DNA of 64,000 nt from Octopus bimaculoides. Its lineage: Eukaryota. The position numbers were made by a program, and so were the translations under genes. Below the pieces are notes generated by a model. The model saw only the letters and a program-made list of their open reading frames with translations, was not told the DNA's origin and ran no database searches. This document shows, piece after piece, positions 38,207 to 51,200 of the stretch (positions within the stretch are counted from its first letter, which is position 1; the number at the start of each line of letters is the position of its first letter). Where the stretch lies: positions 99,437,261 through 99,501,260 of the forward strand of contig NC_068983.1 of NCBI RefSeq assembly GCF_001194135.2. Direction: 5' to 3'.

Positions 38207-39475
38207 CAGGGGTTGGACAAAATAATGGAAACACCTTAAAATTTCAAACAAATTAATTTTAATATTGGGTAGGACTGCCTTTGGCAATAATTACAGCTTG
38301 AATTCTATGAGGTATGGACTCGTACAAAGTTTGAATTGTTTCCAAAGGAATTTTGTCAATTCTTCAGCTAAAACAATCTCCAGTTTTTGTAGTGATGATG
38401 ATGGAGGATATCAGCTCCTTACTTGTTTTTCTAAAATGCATCAGAAATGTTCAATAATATGGAGATCTTGGGACTGTGGTGGCCAGATAAGATGTTCAAC
38501 TTCACGAGAATGTTCCTTGTGCCATTCAGTAACAACTTTAGCTGTGTGAATTGGTGCATTATCATCTTGAAAGATTGCATTTCCCTCTGGAAACAGTTCT
38601 GCAACCATAGGATGAATTTGACCAGATAAAATGCTTAAATAGTCTTGACTATTAATTCTGCCATGAAGGGAGACCATTGAGCCAGTGGATTTCCAAGATA
38701 TAGCCCCCCACCCAGATCATCACAGATCCTCCGCCATGTTTAACAGTTGGAAGAAGGCAGTCTGGGTCAAATGTTTCTTTTGGCTATCTCCACACGTATA
38801 CTCAACTGGTGGTTGGAAATAAGGTAAAGGATGACTCGTCCAAGAAAATAACATTCTTCTACTGCTCTAGGGACCAATTCTATGGGTTTTTACTCCACTC
38901 TAAACACTTTGCAATATTTGTTTTTGAAAGTAGTGGTTTTCTGATTGCAGCCCTCCCATGAAATCGGGCTTTGTGAAGCGAGCAGTTTTTGTAGAAACTG
39001 GGTTCTCGAGGTGGTCATTAAGCCCTGCAGTAATTTTGGAAGCTATACTTTTGTGATCCTTTCTAACAATTTGCGTAAGAGTCTGGCAGTCTCTATCTAA
39101 AAGTTTTGGTTTTCTTCTGGAGTTTTGTTTTGACAAAGAAGTTTTTCCCTCTTTCTTAAAGGCTGTCATCACTTTCAAGACAGTACTTCTTGATACACCA
39201 AACATTTCAGCTGTTTCCGTTATGCTAGCGCCTGCCATACGAGCACCAACAATTTGACCTCTTTGAAAGTCCGATGGATCTGTCATTTTAATGAATCTTA
39301 ATTACTTTTTTCTGATGATATCTGAAAAGAAATAGCAATTTTAGCAAGATATAATGACCAACACTAATAATAAATCCAAAAACATAAAAATAAACAGGTT
39401 TTTGATGATTTTATAGATATTTCAAAATGATGATGCTTTGAATCTAGGTGTTTCCATTATTTTGACCACACCCTG
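38207..39475 (-). mobile_element. Tc1-like transposon copy 2, full length, TA-flanked, decayed
   Basis: TIRs caggggttggacaaaataatggaaacacc and cagggtgtggtcaaaataatggaaacacc; TA on both sides; disrupted transposase. Confidence 0.92.
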
Positions 39476-39861
39476 TATGTATATGTACATATCTAAGTGC
39501 AGGCATGGCTGTGTTGCAAGTAGCTTGCTTCTCAACCACATGCTTGCAGGTTCAGTCCCACCTTGGCTAACTGTCTTCTTCTATAACCCAGGACTGACAA
39601 AAGACTTGCGAGTGGATTTGGTGAACAGAAACTGAAAGAAGCCCATCGTATCTACATGTGTATATATATATATATATATATAATTTTCCAGAGGATGTAG
39701 CAACCGTTACCAATATAGCATAAGAACTTACCTTAGGGGATCATTAACTAGATTCCTTAAGGGTCGTTCTCACAGTTTATATTTATATTATAAGGTTTTT
39801 AACTTTTAAATTTTCATATTCAAAAGAGACAGAGACTTCAAACTCGATATATCGATTTATT

Positions 39862-39940
39862 CACCACTCTATGTTAACATTTCTGTGCCAAACTTATCCA
39901 GTGACTGGTCCATTGGATTTTGACATTTGGCACTTCTTCA
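39862..39940 (-). ncRNA. Hammerhead fold (family B) with AUA triplet, lacking the stem I 5' strand
   Basis: Reverse complement reads CTGAAGA a gtgccaaa..tttggcac a GAAA TGTTAAC ATA gagtggtg; homology ends at the core. Confidence 0.55.
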
Positions 39941-40018
39941 GGCAGATGAACTGTAACGGGATTTTAATAATTTAATGATCGTTATGTATGTGTTTTTTCG
40001 TGTTTTGTTCCGATGGTA

Positions 40019-40104
40019 ACCATTCCTGAAGAAGTGCCAAATGTCAAAATCCAATGGACCAGTCACTGGATAAGTTTGGCACAGAAATGTTAACATGGAG
40101 TGGT
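40019..40104 (+). ncRNA. Hammerhead fold (family B) with intact stems but AUG at the cleavage triplet
   Basis: accattc/gagtggt stem I (7 bp); CTGAAGA at 40026-32; gtgccaaa/tttggcac; GAAA at 40084-87; palindrome ATGTTAACAT; G at position 17 (40097). Confidence 0.65.
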
Positions 40105-41439
40105 GAATAAATCGATATATCGAGTTTGAAGTCTCTGTCTCTTTTGAATATGAAAATTTAAAAGTTAAAAACCTTATAATATATATATATATATATATGA
40201 ATGTGTCTATGTCTGTCCCCCACTTTCACTTGACAATCAGTGCTTGGTGTGTTTGCATACTCGTAACTTAGTGGTTTGGCAAAAGAGACTGATAGGAGAA
40301 GCACTAGGCTTTAAAAACAAAGTACTGGTGTCAATTCATTCGACTGAAAATTCTTCAAGGTAGTGCCCCAGCATGGCCACAGTCTAATGACTGAAACAAG
40401 TAAAAGATAAAGATATATAAGTGTCTAAATATGTTGGTCTGTCATAACTTTAATTTTAAAAAATACTAAAGTAAACTTTATTCTCTTTTATGTAGACTCC
40501 TAAGATGAAGAATGGTTGACTTGAAGATGAAAATGAACAGTAAAAAAAGTGACTGTACACTAAGTTGTAAAATGTGGTGAACCATTAAAGATTGAAAAAA
40601 AACATTCCAACTGTTTTCACATACTGACACCAAACAAGTTTTTATGAGAGAGAAGTGTAATCCATGAAATAAATCATTATATTGCTTGTTTACTATCTTG
40701 GTGCAAAGTGAAGTCAATTCTAGTTAGAATTGAACTCAGAACTGTGCAAAGCAAAACTAAATTCCTTGTCATTGCTTTCTTAATTCTACATCTAATCTGC
40801 TTAATCTCGTACTCTTTAGTGGCTCCTACATCACTATCAGATTTATTAACAGTGTTTAGTCATAGCACTTTATGTTCTGAATTCAAAACCAACTGAGGTT
40901 ACTTTACCTTTTATCCATCTGGGGCTGATAACATAAAAGTGTATGTGTGTGTGGTGGGCTAATTTAATCAAATATACCTTCCTCAAAATGTGTGGCTTTG
41001 TGTTAGTGTTATAAATGAATATTAGCTGAATTATTCTCAACCTATAATCTTTCACTTCTGTTCAGTTTTTGTCCAAGTCTTAGAGTTTAAAAATAGTATT
41101 TCATACTCTGCCCTTATACCCTCACTAACGTGTAAAATACAATAAAATTTTCTTACATATTGTTTATTTTAATTTCCTCTCAATTTTTCCAAGCAAAGAG
41201 AGTTTGCGTTTGTTTTTAAATTTTCCAAGAGAGAGACTTGGAGATGCCACTATGAAAGGTTGTTAAATGAAGAGAATGAATAGGAAAAAGAAAGTCTGCC
41301 AAGTGTCAACCCANNNNNNNNNNTCAATTTTTCCAAGCAAAGAGAGTTTGCGTTTGTTTTTAAATTCTCCAAGAGAGAGACTTGGAGATGCCACTATGAA
41401 AGGTTGTTAAATGAAGAGAATGAATAGGAAAAAGAAAGT

Positions 41440-43100
41440 CTGCCAAGTGTCAACCCAACAGAGAGACCAGCTATCTGAATTGACAGTGCCTTGGTAGATA
41501 AAGCAATTAAGAGTATGAAGACAGAGAAAGCCCCCCCCCCCCATCAGGAATCAATGAAGAGATGCTTAAAATATTTGGCGGTGTAGGCTATAGCTTAATC
41601 ACCCATATAGTCAACCAAGTGATACATGAAGTAGTCATACCCAATGACTGGTGTAGCAGCACCATAGTCAACTGCTACAAAGGTAAAGGTGATGCATTAG
41701 ATAAGAATAATTAGAGGTATTAAATTGTTGGATCAGGTGATCAAATTCATGGAGAGGGTCATAGCCCAACAAATTAAGGAGAGAGTTAGTTTAGAGATGC
41801 AATTTGGGTTTGTGCCAGGGAGAAAGTCCACTGATGCTATATTTCTGGTAAGACAGCTGCAGAAGAAATTCCTAGCCAAAGATAGACCTCTGTACCTGGC
41901 TTTTGTTGACAAGAAGAAAGCCTATGACAGGGTCCCCCGATCCCTTATCTGATGGTCAGTACAGACACTAGGGATAGATGAGTGGTTAGTGAGAGCTGTA
42001 CAAGCCATGTACAGGGATGCTGTCAGTAAGGTAAGGATTGGCAACTAGTATAGTGAAGAATTCTGGGTTGGAATAGAGGTCCATAAAAGGTGTAGGTAGA
42101 AACTCCATAAGATGCACCTGGTGTAAGCTATGGACACATAAGAGGTGCATCAATATCAAAGGAAGGTTAACTGGGAAGATAGTTTTGTGTTTGGCAGAAG
42201 CAAAGGGGCAATAAACACTGAAAATGTGCAGGAAACAGATTCCATCATATGCTAGGGGAAAAAACTAGAAGTAGCTGATATCTTCCGTTACCTTGGTGAC
42301 CAAGTCAGTAGCAGGGGTGGATGCTCTGAGAGCATAGCTGCCAGAATAAGCATAGCCTGAGCAAAGTTCTGAGAGCTCCTACATCTGCTAGTAACAAAGG
42401 GCCTCTTGCTCAGAGTGAAAGGTGGACTGTATGATGCATGTGTGTGAACAGCCATGGCTGTGACCACTGAGGACATGTGTAGGCTTGAAAGAAATGAAGC
42501 TAGATGTGTAATGTCAATATGCTGGATGTGAAATGTCAATATGTATACACGACAGAGTGTAAGTGCTCTGAGAGAAAAGTTGGACATAAGAAGTATCAGA
42601 AGTGGTGTGCAAGAGAGATGACTGCACTGGTATGGTCATGTGTCACGTATGGATGAGGACAGTGGTATGAAGAAGTGTCACACCCTAACAGTGGAGGGTG
42701 TTAGAGGAAGAGGTAGAGCCAAGAAGACCTGTGGAGGGATCTTGTGGTAAAGATAGACCCAGGAAGACAGGGGATGAAGTGGTGAAGCATGACCTTCGAA
42801 CATTGGGCCTCACAGAGGCAATGACAAGCGACTGAGACCTTTGGAGATATGCTGTGCTTGAGAAGACCCAGCAAGCCAAGTGAGATCATAGGCGTGGCCG
42901 ATGCCAGTGTCACATAACTGGCCCATTTAAGAGTACCATTCAATTGTTGGGCAATATGCTGTGCTTGAGAAGACCTGTTGAGTCAAGTGAAACCATTGTC
43001 ATGGCCGGTGCTAGTACTGCCTAGCAGCACCCATGCCAGTGGCCTGTAAAAAGCACCATTTGAGTATAGTAGATGCCAGTGCCACAGGAATGGCTCCTGT
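41440..43100 (+). mobile_element. Decayed RTE-clade LINE (RT and 3' UTR)
   Basis: MQFGFVPGRKSTDAIFLVRQLQ..LYLAFVD..KAYDRVPR and FRYLGD; 3' repeats shared with 25340-25600. Confidence 0.85.
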
Positions 43101-44767
43101 ATATATTGCTCTATGTATGTAATACATTCATTCGATAAGCTGACTTGTATATTAAATATATTCCTCTTTATATTTGTACTATATCATTTAGTATTGTACA
43201 TACTGTATGGAATATTTATGCTCTGAATAAGTGTGATATATTTGTGTATCAAAGTAATATTTATTATAAAGAAATATTAAACTTCAAAGACCAACTGAGA
43301 AAAATTACACAAGAATACACTTGAAGTAATCAGTTGGGAAATTTTATTTATTTAAAATTACAGCCTTAGTAATGAGAGCAATCCTTATATCAACCTTTTA
43401 GCACTCAGATTATCCAGTCAAATGTAATACTTATTTAGTCACATTGTTTTGAATTAATAATTTATTACCTTGTAGAATCAAGATTTTGATAATGTGATTA
43501 TTTATAGAATGTCAACATGGGATAGATGTGACAGGCCAGATCTGGCTGGCTTGAACTTAAAACATAAACTATTTGGACTGGATATGGCTGGTTTAAACGC
43601 TAAAGAGTTAATGATTAATTCTGGTAACAAGAAAATCTCAAAATAGTTTTTTTTTTGGTCATTATTTTAAGATATAAAGCCATCTTGTGTTTCTGCATGA
43701 CAATCTTATATACTTGAGATGTGGAGTAAGGGTTAGACTATGTTTTGCTGTTGAGGTTTAACCCTTTAAACTGGTCATAACCAGTCGAAATATTCTGCCT
43801 CTTTTATGTTCAAACTGGGTCTGATCCAACATCTCACGCCTCCCTTACATCAATCTCATTCTAAAAATAAAGAATTACATCGTCGAAACCTCGAAGCTAT
43901 GAAATAATGCATGATTAATTCAAAACAATGTGAATAAATAAGCATTAAATTTGACAGAGTAATCTGAATGCCAAAGGGTGAAGAAGACCAAAGTAAGGCC
44001 TGACTTGTCACATAGTGCTAAAGATCAAACGCATTACTTCAATGCATTCCATTGATTAATATTAATAAATCAAAACTTTTGGACTGCATTCTCTGCAGAT
44101 TAGTAATTTAAATAATGATTAGTAAGTTAAATAATGATTTTTCTCACCACTGATGTAATTTTAGGCTTAGTATACTTTAATTCGATGGGGAACAACTCTA
44201 ACAGATGACAAAAATAAGACAATTTCAAGGAAGGTAACTCTTCTCTTTTTGCAAAAAGTGATTATCTTAACCAGAAATTATTATCAGAGTGGTAAGATCT
44301 ATACGAAGCAAGATTGGCAAAGGATTAGACAAATAAATGACTTTTGTGATAAGAATCCCAATCACATGTTTCCAGCTTCAGTCCCACTACGTGGCGTCTT
44401 GGGTAGCTTTTTACGATAGATGCTGGCCGACTAAAGACTTGTGAGTGGAAAAGATAGACGGAAACTGAAAGAAGTTCAACGTGTGGGTGTGCGTGTGTGT
44501 TTGCGTGCGTGTACAGATAATATATATAGATGTGTGCTTGTGTTTGTCCCCATCACTAACAGATGTTAGTTAGTTTATGTCCTGTAATCTAAAGGTTTGG
44601 CAAAAAGAGACCAATAGAATAAGTACTGAGGTCGATTTTTTCAACTATAACCCCTCAAGTCAGTGCCCCAGCATGGCCACAGTCCAATGACTGAAACAAG
44701 TAAAAGATTAGAGATAAAAAGAAAGACGTATGAATGCAATAATTAGTTATATTTTTCCCACATCCTT

Positions 44768-45289
44768 ATTACATGGAAAAATGCGAGCATGAAAAGTAAT
44801 ATTCTTAAGATTATGAACCTGGAAAAGTACAGAACAAGTTATTACACCTGTAAAAGTATAGGACAAGCTATTACTTCTAGTAAAGTAAAGAATAAGAAAT
44901 GTTTTACTTAAAATATTGCCGCAAAGAATGCCAGTTCTTCTAATTTATCGCTCTTTACAATTCTCATCTTTTAAATTTATTGTACAAAACCGTTCAGCTA
45001 ATTTGTAAGTGTGTCTAATTAGTCACTTTTTTCTGTATTTAAGGTAGTAAATTAGCCAAATTCTACTTAAACAAGTATAGTGTTATTTGTAAACTATAAT
45101 AAAATAAGTTTTAATATTCAAATTTTAATTTTAGCGGCAATATTTTAAAGTAAAAAGTTTCTTATTCTTTACTTTACTAGAAGTAATAGCTTGTCCTATA
45201 CTTTTACATATATAATAACTTGTCCTGTAGTTTTCTAGGTTTATTATCTTAAGAATATGACTTTTCATGCACGCATTTTTCCATGTAAT
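44768..45289. mobile_element. MITE/foldback-like element with about 155-bp imperfect terminal inverted repeats
   Basis: attacatggaaaaatgcg..aatattgccgc mirrored by gcggcaatatt..cgcatttttccatgtaat; no ORF. Confidence 0.7.
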
Positions 45290-46602
45290 CCATGATTTTT
45301 CAGGCATGGTTGCTATAAGATAATTAATAATGTGTCAACTAATAATTTAAGATTTTACCTTATGAAATACTGAAAGATAATATTTCAGTCTTTCCATCAA
45401 AGTGATGATAATATTTCGATTTTTTTCATGTTTAATTTAAATACATGTTGTGATTGAATCATTTGATATTACCCATCCACACCAAATTATGGCAGGGATT
45501 TTTACAAAGTTGTTGGTTGCACCATGGTTCACCAAAAGTTACAAACAACAAGACCCCAAAACCATCAGTTATCAGGCTCACCTTAAGCAACCTAATTTTG
45601 CAATATTAGGAGGTCAAGGTACTTGATTCCATGCAAAAAAATCATTTTTTTTTCTTAGTGAAAATCGTGCAGGTGTTAATATAGAAATTGACCACAATGT
45701 TGTTATTTAGTCTCAAATCAACCTTGATACTGCAAACCTATCATCAAAGACATTCCAGCCTTCGGCAAACCGTCTTTTTAGGGATAATCTAGGATATTAC
45801 ATACAATGGGCGTGTAATTTAGGTAGGGGAATACTTTGGCTGCTATTTTTAGCGTGTCGAGCGAACAGGTAGAAGCTCTTTCATTGGTTTGATTGCGTGA
45901 TGAGATTTTTTTAAACATATAATACGTATATATATCATCAGTAGAAGTTAGAGTATAAGTCAAAAGTCGAGAGTTTCGTGTATTGGCACTTATCAAACAC
46001 GAATTTGTCCATTGCCACTCTGTAGCTTCTGACGAAATAACTTCTAAAATACAAAATTTTGTCAAAAACGTTAATGTGTTCTATGTGACACATTCTACCA
46101 GTATCGGAAGTTTGAAAGTGTTTAGTTTAAAAAAATTAATTAAATAATCTGTACGTCTAATTGAATATATCCGAAATGGATGAAAAGCAAAGTCGACCTC
46201 AGCGGAATTTGAACTCAGAACGTAAAGACAGACGAAATACCGCTACTAAAATACAAAATTTTGTCAAAAACGTTAAGAATAAGCCCTATTCTATGTGACA
46301 CATTCTACCAGTATCGGAAGTTTGAAAGTGTTTAATTAAAAAAGAAAATAATTAAATAATCTGTACGTCAAAGTTGACCTCGGAGAAATTTGAACCCAAA
46401 ACAAAAAGACACGAAATACCATTAAACATTTGGCGCGGCGCGCTAACCAGTTCGCCGTCTTAGAACGTAAACATTCACTTTAGAAATATATTCTTTATTC
46501 TTATTGCTTAAGCGTTACTTCTTACTTCTTTACTTACCGATATTAAATTTTGTAACATTTTACCTCATAACTGTTTTTCTACTAATTTTTGTCCAATGCG
46601 AC

Positions 46603-46988
46603 TGTAGTGAAACCTCTCTCTCGGGTATTCAATCATAAACGATAACGAAGTGGCTAACATCTAGCCTTCGGCTGCCTTGGACCCTTCTGGCCATCACCCT
46701 GATTGGTTCTCATTTGCGCGGCAATTGTCCCCAGTTTTGCTTCGCGCCAGGGTACATACCGTCCAATCGTGGCCTTCAGATAAGGTCACGTGAGAGAGAG
46801 TTTTTCTTCGTTTCCAGTGAGTCCTATTTCATCTATAAATAAGCCCGATCCAACGCCGCCGGTCGTCTTCGATTCTTGATCTCTCACAGGTCTGGTCGCT
46901 GACCACACATACAGAACACAGCTACAGCTGTGTTGGTATATTAATCAACTAGGGACAGACTAATTAATGAAGCAATCACTCTATGTCA
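46603..46988 (+). mobile_element. Candidate solo LTR, or a CpG-rich promoter
   Basis: TG...CA ends with gcgac/ccgac flanks (4/5); CCAAT boxes at 46701 and 46763, CACGTG at 46787 and TATAAATA at 46834. Confidence 0.35.
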
Positions 46989-47934
46989 CCGACAAATAAT
47001 AACTATTTTAGAAACGTTATGAAAAAATACCTTCAGCGTTCTGCAAGAGAAACAGAACAAGCTGGGACGCTTAAGTTCATATCAGATCCTATTAAACGCA
47101 CATAGACTTGGGCAGAACAATTTTAGTTCTTCAAAGTGAAATATTGGATCACTGAAGATGCACAATCAATTCATAGTCAGTGCTAATGCTCTTTCTTTCT
47201 CCCCATCTATGTGTGTGTGTATACACACACACACACACACACGCGTTTGTTTTTCTTGTTTGCATCACCAAGCCTATATATGTATGCATACATACATATA
47301 CACACGCGCGAGTTATTTCGAATAATTGAATCTGAGACGTGATAACTCCAAAACTCAAAATAAAATTCTAAAATGATGGGAAAACATATGTTTAGCGCTG
47401 AGGTAGGTTCGATTTCTGCAAAGCAAGCGCGCAAGTTTTTTCGTCAGCCAGTTTCAATAAACAAGACATCAGAAATTGCACGACACTACCACATAAGAAC
47501 GCAGTTTCCGAATGAACGAAAAATTATTTTGGACTTGCTAACCGCTTTCATTTGATATTTAGTTTTATTTCTGAATGAAGCACATGGGCAATAATATTTG
47601 AATTACTATAATGGCTTGTCAGTTGCAAGATAATTCCATTTTTTGTGGAACTACTTCAAACCAAACACGTACCATATCTAATTCGTAAAGAAATTTTTTA
47701 AAAGAAAAGAAAACAGACTGAAAGTGAAATAACCCCCGGAGATGCTTTTCTCCGTGTAGAAACTGCAGGAGCTACTCAGAGGTTTTGCAAGTTCAAAATC
47801 AATAGCAATGTTAGAAACCCTTCCGTATCATCAGCAGATATCTCAAGGTCACAAGCGTTTCGCCCCTTAGCCTATATGCTTCGAGGACTGAATTGGTCTT
47901 CGCCTGTGAAAGGGTTCCACTTGCGGTCACGTAT

Positions 47935-48225
47935 CAACTATAGCCACGTTGATTCAGCTGCCATGCCTTGGTAGCGTTCTTCAATCGATTGGGTTTCAGA
48001 CTAATCTTCTGCAGGAAACAGCGCATCGATCTTGCTGGAAAGCTGCAGCAGTCGACTTCAATAGGGAATGAAGCCGTGTGCCATCACTTGACAAGGCTCT
48101 CGTTGATCAAGGTTTGATATTTGGTTTTCTTTTGCTACTGAAAAATATCGAGTCTGTTCTCCCAGGGTACTCCACGATGAAATAGTACATGGCTTAAGGG
48201 ACACAACCAAACATCTGAGCCTATA
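47935..48225 (-). pseudogene. Restriction-like endonuclease remnant of a Hero/NeSL-type non-LTR element
   Basis: Manual translation VPWENRLDIFQ*QKKTKYQTLINESLVK*WHTASFPIEVDCCSFPARSMRCFLQKI resembles the ELTVPWE..K..KY..PVEVGCRGF pattern. Confidence 0.65.
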
Positions 48226-51200
48226 CGTTGTCTATTAAGAGCTTATAGTACCTAATATTCATTTGAGGTATATATAATGATTTTTCGACAAAAATTTGGA
48301 ATCGTGCCATCGGAGCTGTCAGGCGATGTCTGGCTGAAAAGTTGAAGCGTCAGATACCACAGGGTATTCAATTGCATCCTCTATGTTTTATGTTCAAATT
48401 CAGTGCTTTACCCCGTATAATCGATAAAATAAATAGATGTCAAGTACTCAAGTCTGCAAAATTAGTTATAAACTTCCTCTCAAAATGTGTAGCATTGGGT
48501 TAAAGAAATCCTTATTTAACTGAACTGAAGAGCAATAGTTGGTAGAATCATTAGAGTAAGCGACAAACATTAGTGACAACTTTTGGTATTTAGTATTCAC
48601 ATCATGTCGGTGTCTATAGAGTAAGTACCAGTCCTAAACTGGGTCATTTCAATCGGTTATAGGCCACCGAAAACTGTAACCTTAATATTTATGTTGAAAA
48701 TCTTTATTTGAAATGTATTATCTGCTCTAAGTTTTGAATAAGGGATAGCATAATTGATAAACTGGAAACTTAAAGTCGTTTAGATTTTCAATGTATTAGT
48801 CATATTGATTAACCTTTTCCTTGTGATGTCTCATCATACTAGCTGTGCATTTCCTAACGTGTCTAACTCGTGTACAAGGTTTTTAAAGGGTCAATAAAAC
48901 TTGATCGAAGTAGTATATAATTTACGGGAAACAATCCAACTTGATAGCATAATTAATTTAGTGGTATGAATAAATAAAACCAGTGTCATGTAAACAGATA
49001 TCAACAAACGGCTTATTGTAACAATTTATTTTCAGTTGTAAAATGCTGATCAACCAAAGAGGCGCGTTAAATTAATTCTTTTGTAGAACGTGTCGTTTAA
49101 AAGTCGTCTGTTTGCAGTGTTTTTTTGTTTTTCACGGTGGAACATCAAACGATTCGAACCATTTAATCAAACATCTCATTTTCATGTAAGTCCACATATG
49201 TCATGATTTTCTTTACATCATTTGTCATTTTCTATTACTATAAGTCTTTGAATTCAGCGACTCTTACAATAAATATTATAAACAGGTATTTTTTGAAAGA
49301 AAGATCATAAATATTATATTTAACACCAGGAACATTTGATTTTGTTTTATAACTACATTGCTTTTCTTTACGCTTCTTTTTCTAATTAGTTCGGAGTGAA
49401 GTTTCTAAGCAACCGTAACTTATTAAATATCACTGATTACTACTTCACCTAAATATAAAACCTCTTTCATACTTAGCCTTGTATCTTGGGAAATAAAATA
49501 TGTATTTCTCTGTGTTGGTGACTGCTGTAGTTAATCTCTTAGTTAACTATATTCACTCTACGAATAGTTTTTTAATTTCCAGCTGTAGGCATTTCATTTT
49601 GTTTCACGTTAAATACCTCCGGGGAAGAAAAGCAGGTATGTGGTATAACCTCATTTCCACTCTCCTACAAATCACTAATGGACAAAAATGCATACATACA
49701 TATAAAATTGACCGGTAGTATAATCTATATTTCGGTTTGAGACCCAACACCACTTCGTCTTTACTAGCACACTTAAAATGTTACGTCCATGTAACTCAGG
49801 TATCGATGTTTGCGGCTATGTGCATGCTCTGCGCGCATCTGTGAGCGAGCTGATCTGAGACAGAAATGGTATTTCCTTTGTTCACTGGTACCAACCTAGG
49901 GTTTTTTTTCGTAATGCATTTCACTTACACTCACAAACGAGAGCCATTACGCGTAACGCTGCCAGACATACTTCAATGAACAGACATCTCCCAATATAGA
50001 CAAGAGCTAAGAGTATTTTTTATCATCGACCCAGACACATTCTCTACAAATCGTTTCTAAAAACCATTTTGTGTTTCCGCTTCGGTAAATTTTGGTAAGT
50101 GCACTCGCACGCGTTTCACTAAAAAGAAAGAAAGAAAGAAAACCTCAGATTTTTTGCGTGGTATCGAGTATCCTGACCTCCTAATGTGACGCTAACCCCA
50201 TATTTTTGTTCAGAAAAAAGGGGTGTGTGTAACCTTATCCGTTTTTTTTTCCGTCCTTGTTTTTGTGTACATTCGCTGCTTTCTTCCAAGGATTGGTGTA
50301 ATCTCGAGTATAACCAGCCGAAATTGCAAAGATAATCTGGAACTTGACTGAGGAAAGAAAACTCCGAATGACCCGTCCTTGTTTTCTTTGTATCGTCTAT
50401 CTGGATGTTTTGTTGTCCTTTCTTGTATCACCTGTCTGCATGTTTTGCGTTCTTGTCCCATTTCACACACACACACATANNNNNNNNNNNNNNNNNNNNN
50501 NNNNNNNNNNNNNNNNNNNNNNNNNNNNNNNNNNNNNNNNNNNNNNNNNNNNNNNNNNNNNNNNNNNNNNNNNNNNNNNNNNNNNNNNNNNNNNNNNNNN
50601 NNNNNNNNNNNNNNNNNNNNNNNNNNNNNNNNNNNNNNNNNNNNNNNNNNNNNNNNNNNNNNNNNNNNNNNNNNNNNNNNNNNNNNNNNNNNNNNNNNNN
50701 NNNNNNNNNNGGCAGTTTTAGAAGAAGAAAAAATCACTTTTGCTTTGCGTATTTCCGACTGAAACTCTAATTAGGTTTCACTTTTTTGTGTGTGGAGAGA
50801 GAGAATAAAAGATTTCTTACTATAAAGAAATGATTTAAAATATATATATATTAATTGTTGTGTGAGAATATATATATATTCTGATATTGTATCTTTTAAA
50901 AACATCCTTAATTTAGACTAAATCTTGTATTTAAAACAAAACATTTATTTTATTTTCCACAGTACTGTGTGTGTGAAAATAAGAAAACAGCATTTGTGGA
51001 GTTGAAAGAAATGGGGGTGGGGTAATTTAAAAATGCCGATTTTTGCCAATTTTTTTGCAGATTTGTATTCCCCGTAGTGGGGTTTGTATATAAAAAAAAG
51101 AATTTTAAGGGTGGTTTGTGTGGGGGTGGAAGTCTTGCCAAGTGAAGTTTTTATAATAGAAATTCTTAATTTTAATAACTTTCTCATCATTATCATTATA

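Larger units (their letters stand above)
39786..40181. mobile_element. Inverted PLE pseudo-LTR pair (family B) inserted in the (TA)n of an S2 SINE
   Basis: Arms 39786-39941 and 40025-40181 are nearly perfect. The SINE head is at 39497-39660 and its tail at 40200-40410. Confidence 0.75.

Noticed and set aside
47702-47974. About 90-codon stop-free frame on the + strand
   Set aside because: No recognisable motif or start context; partly antisense to the RLE retroelement remnant.
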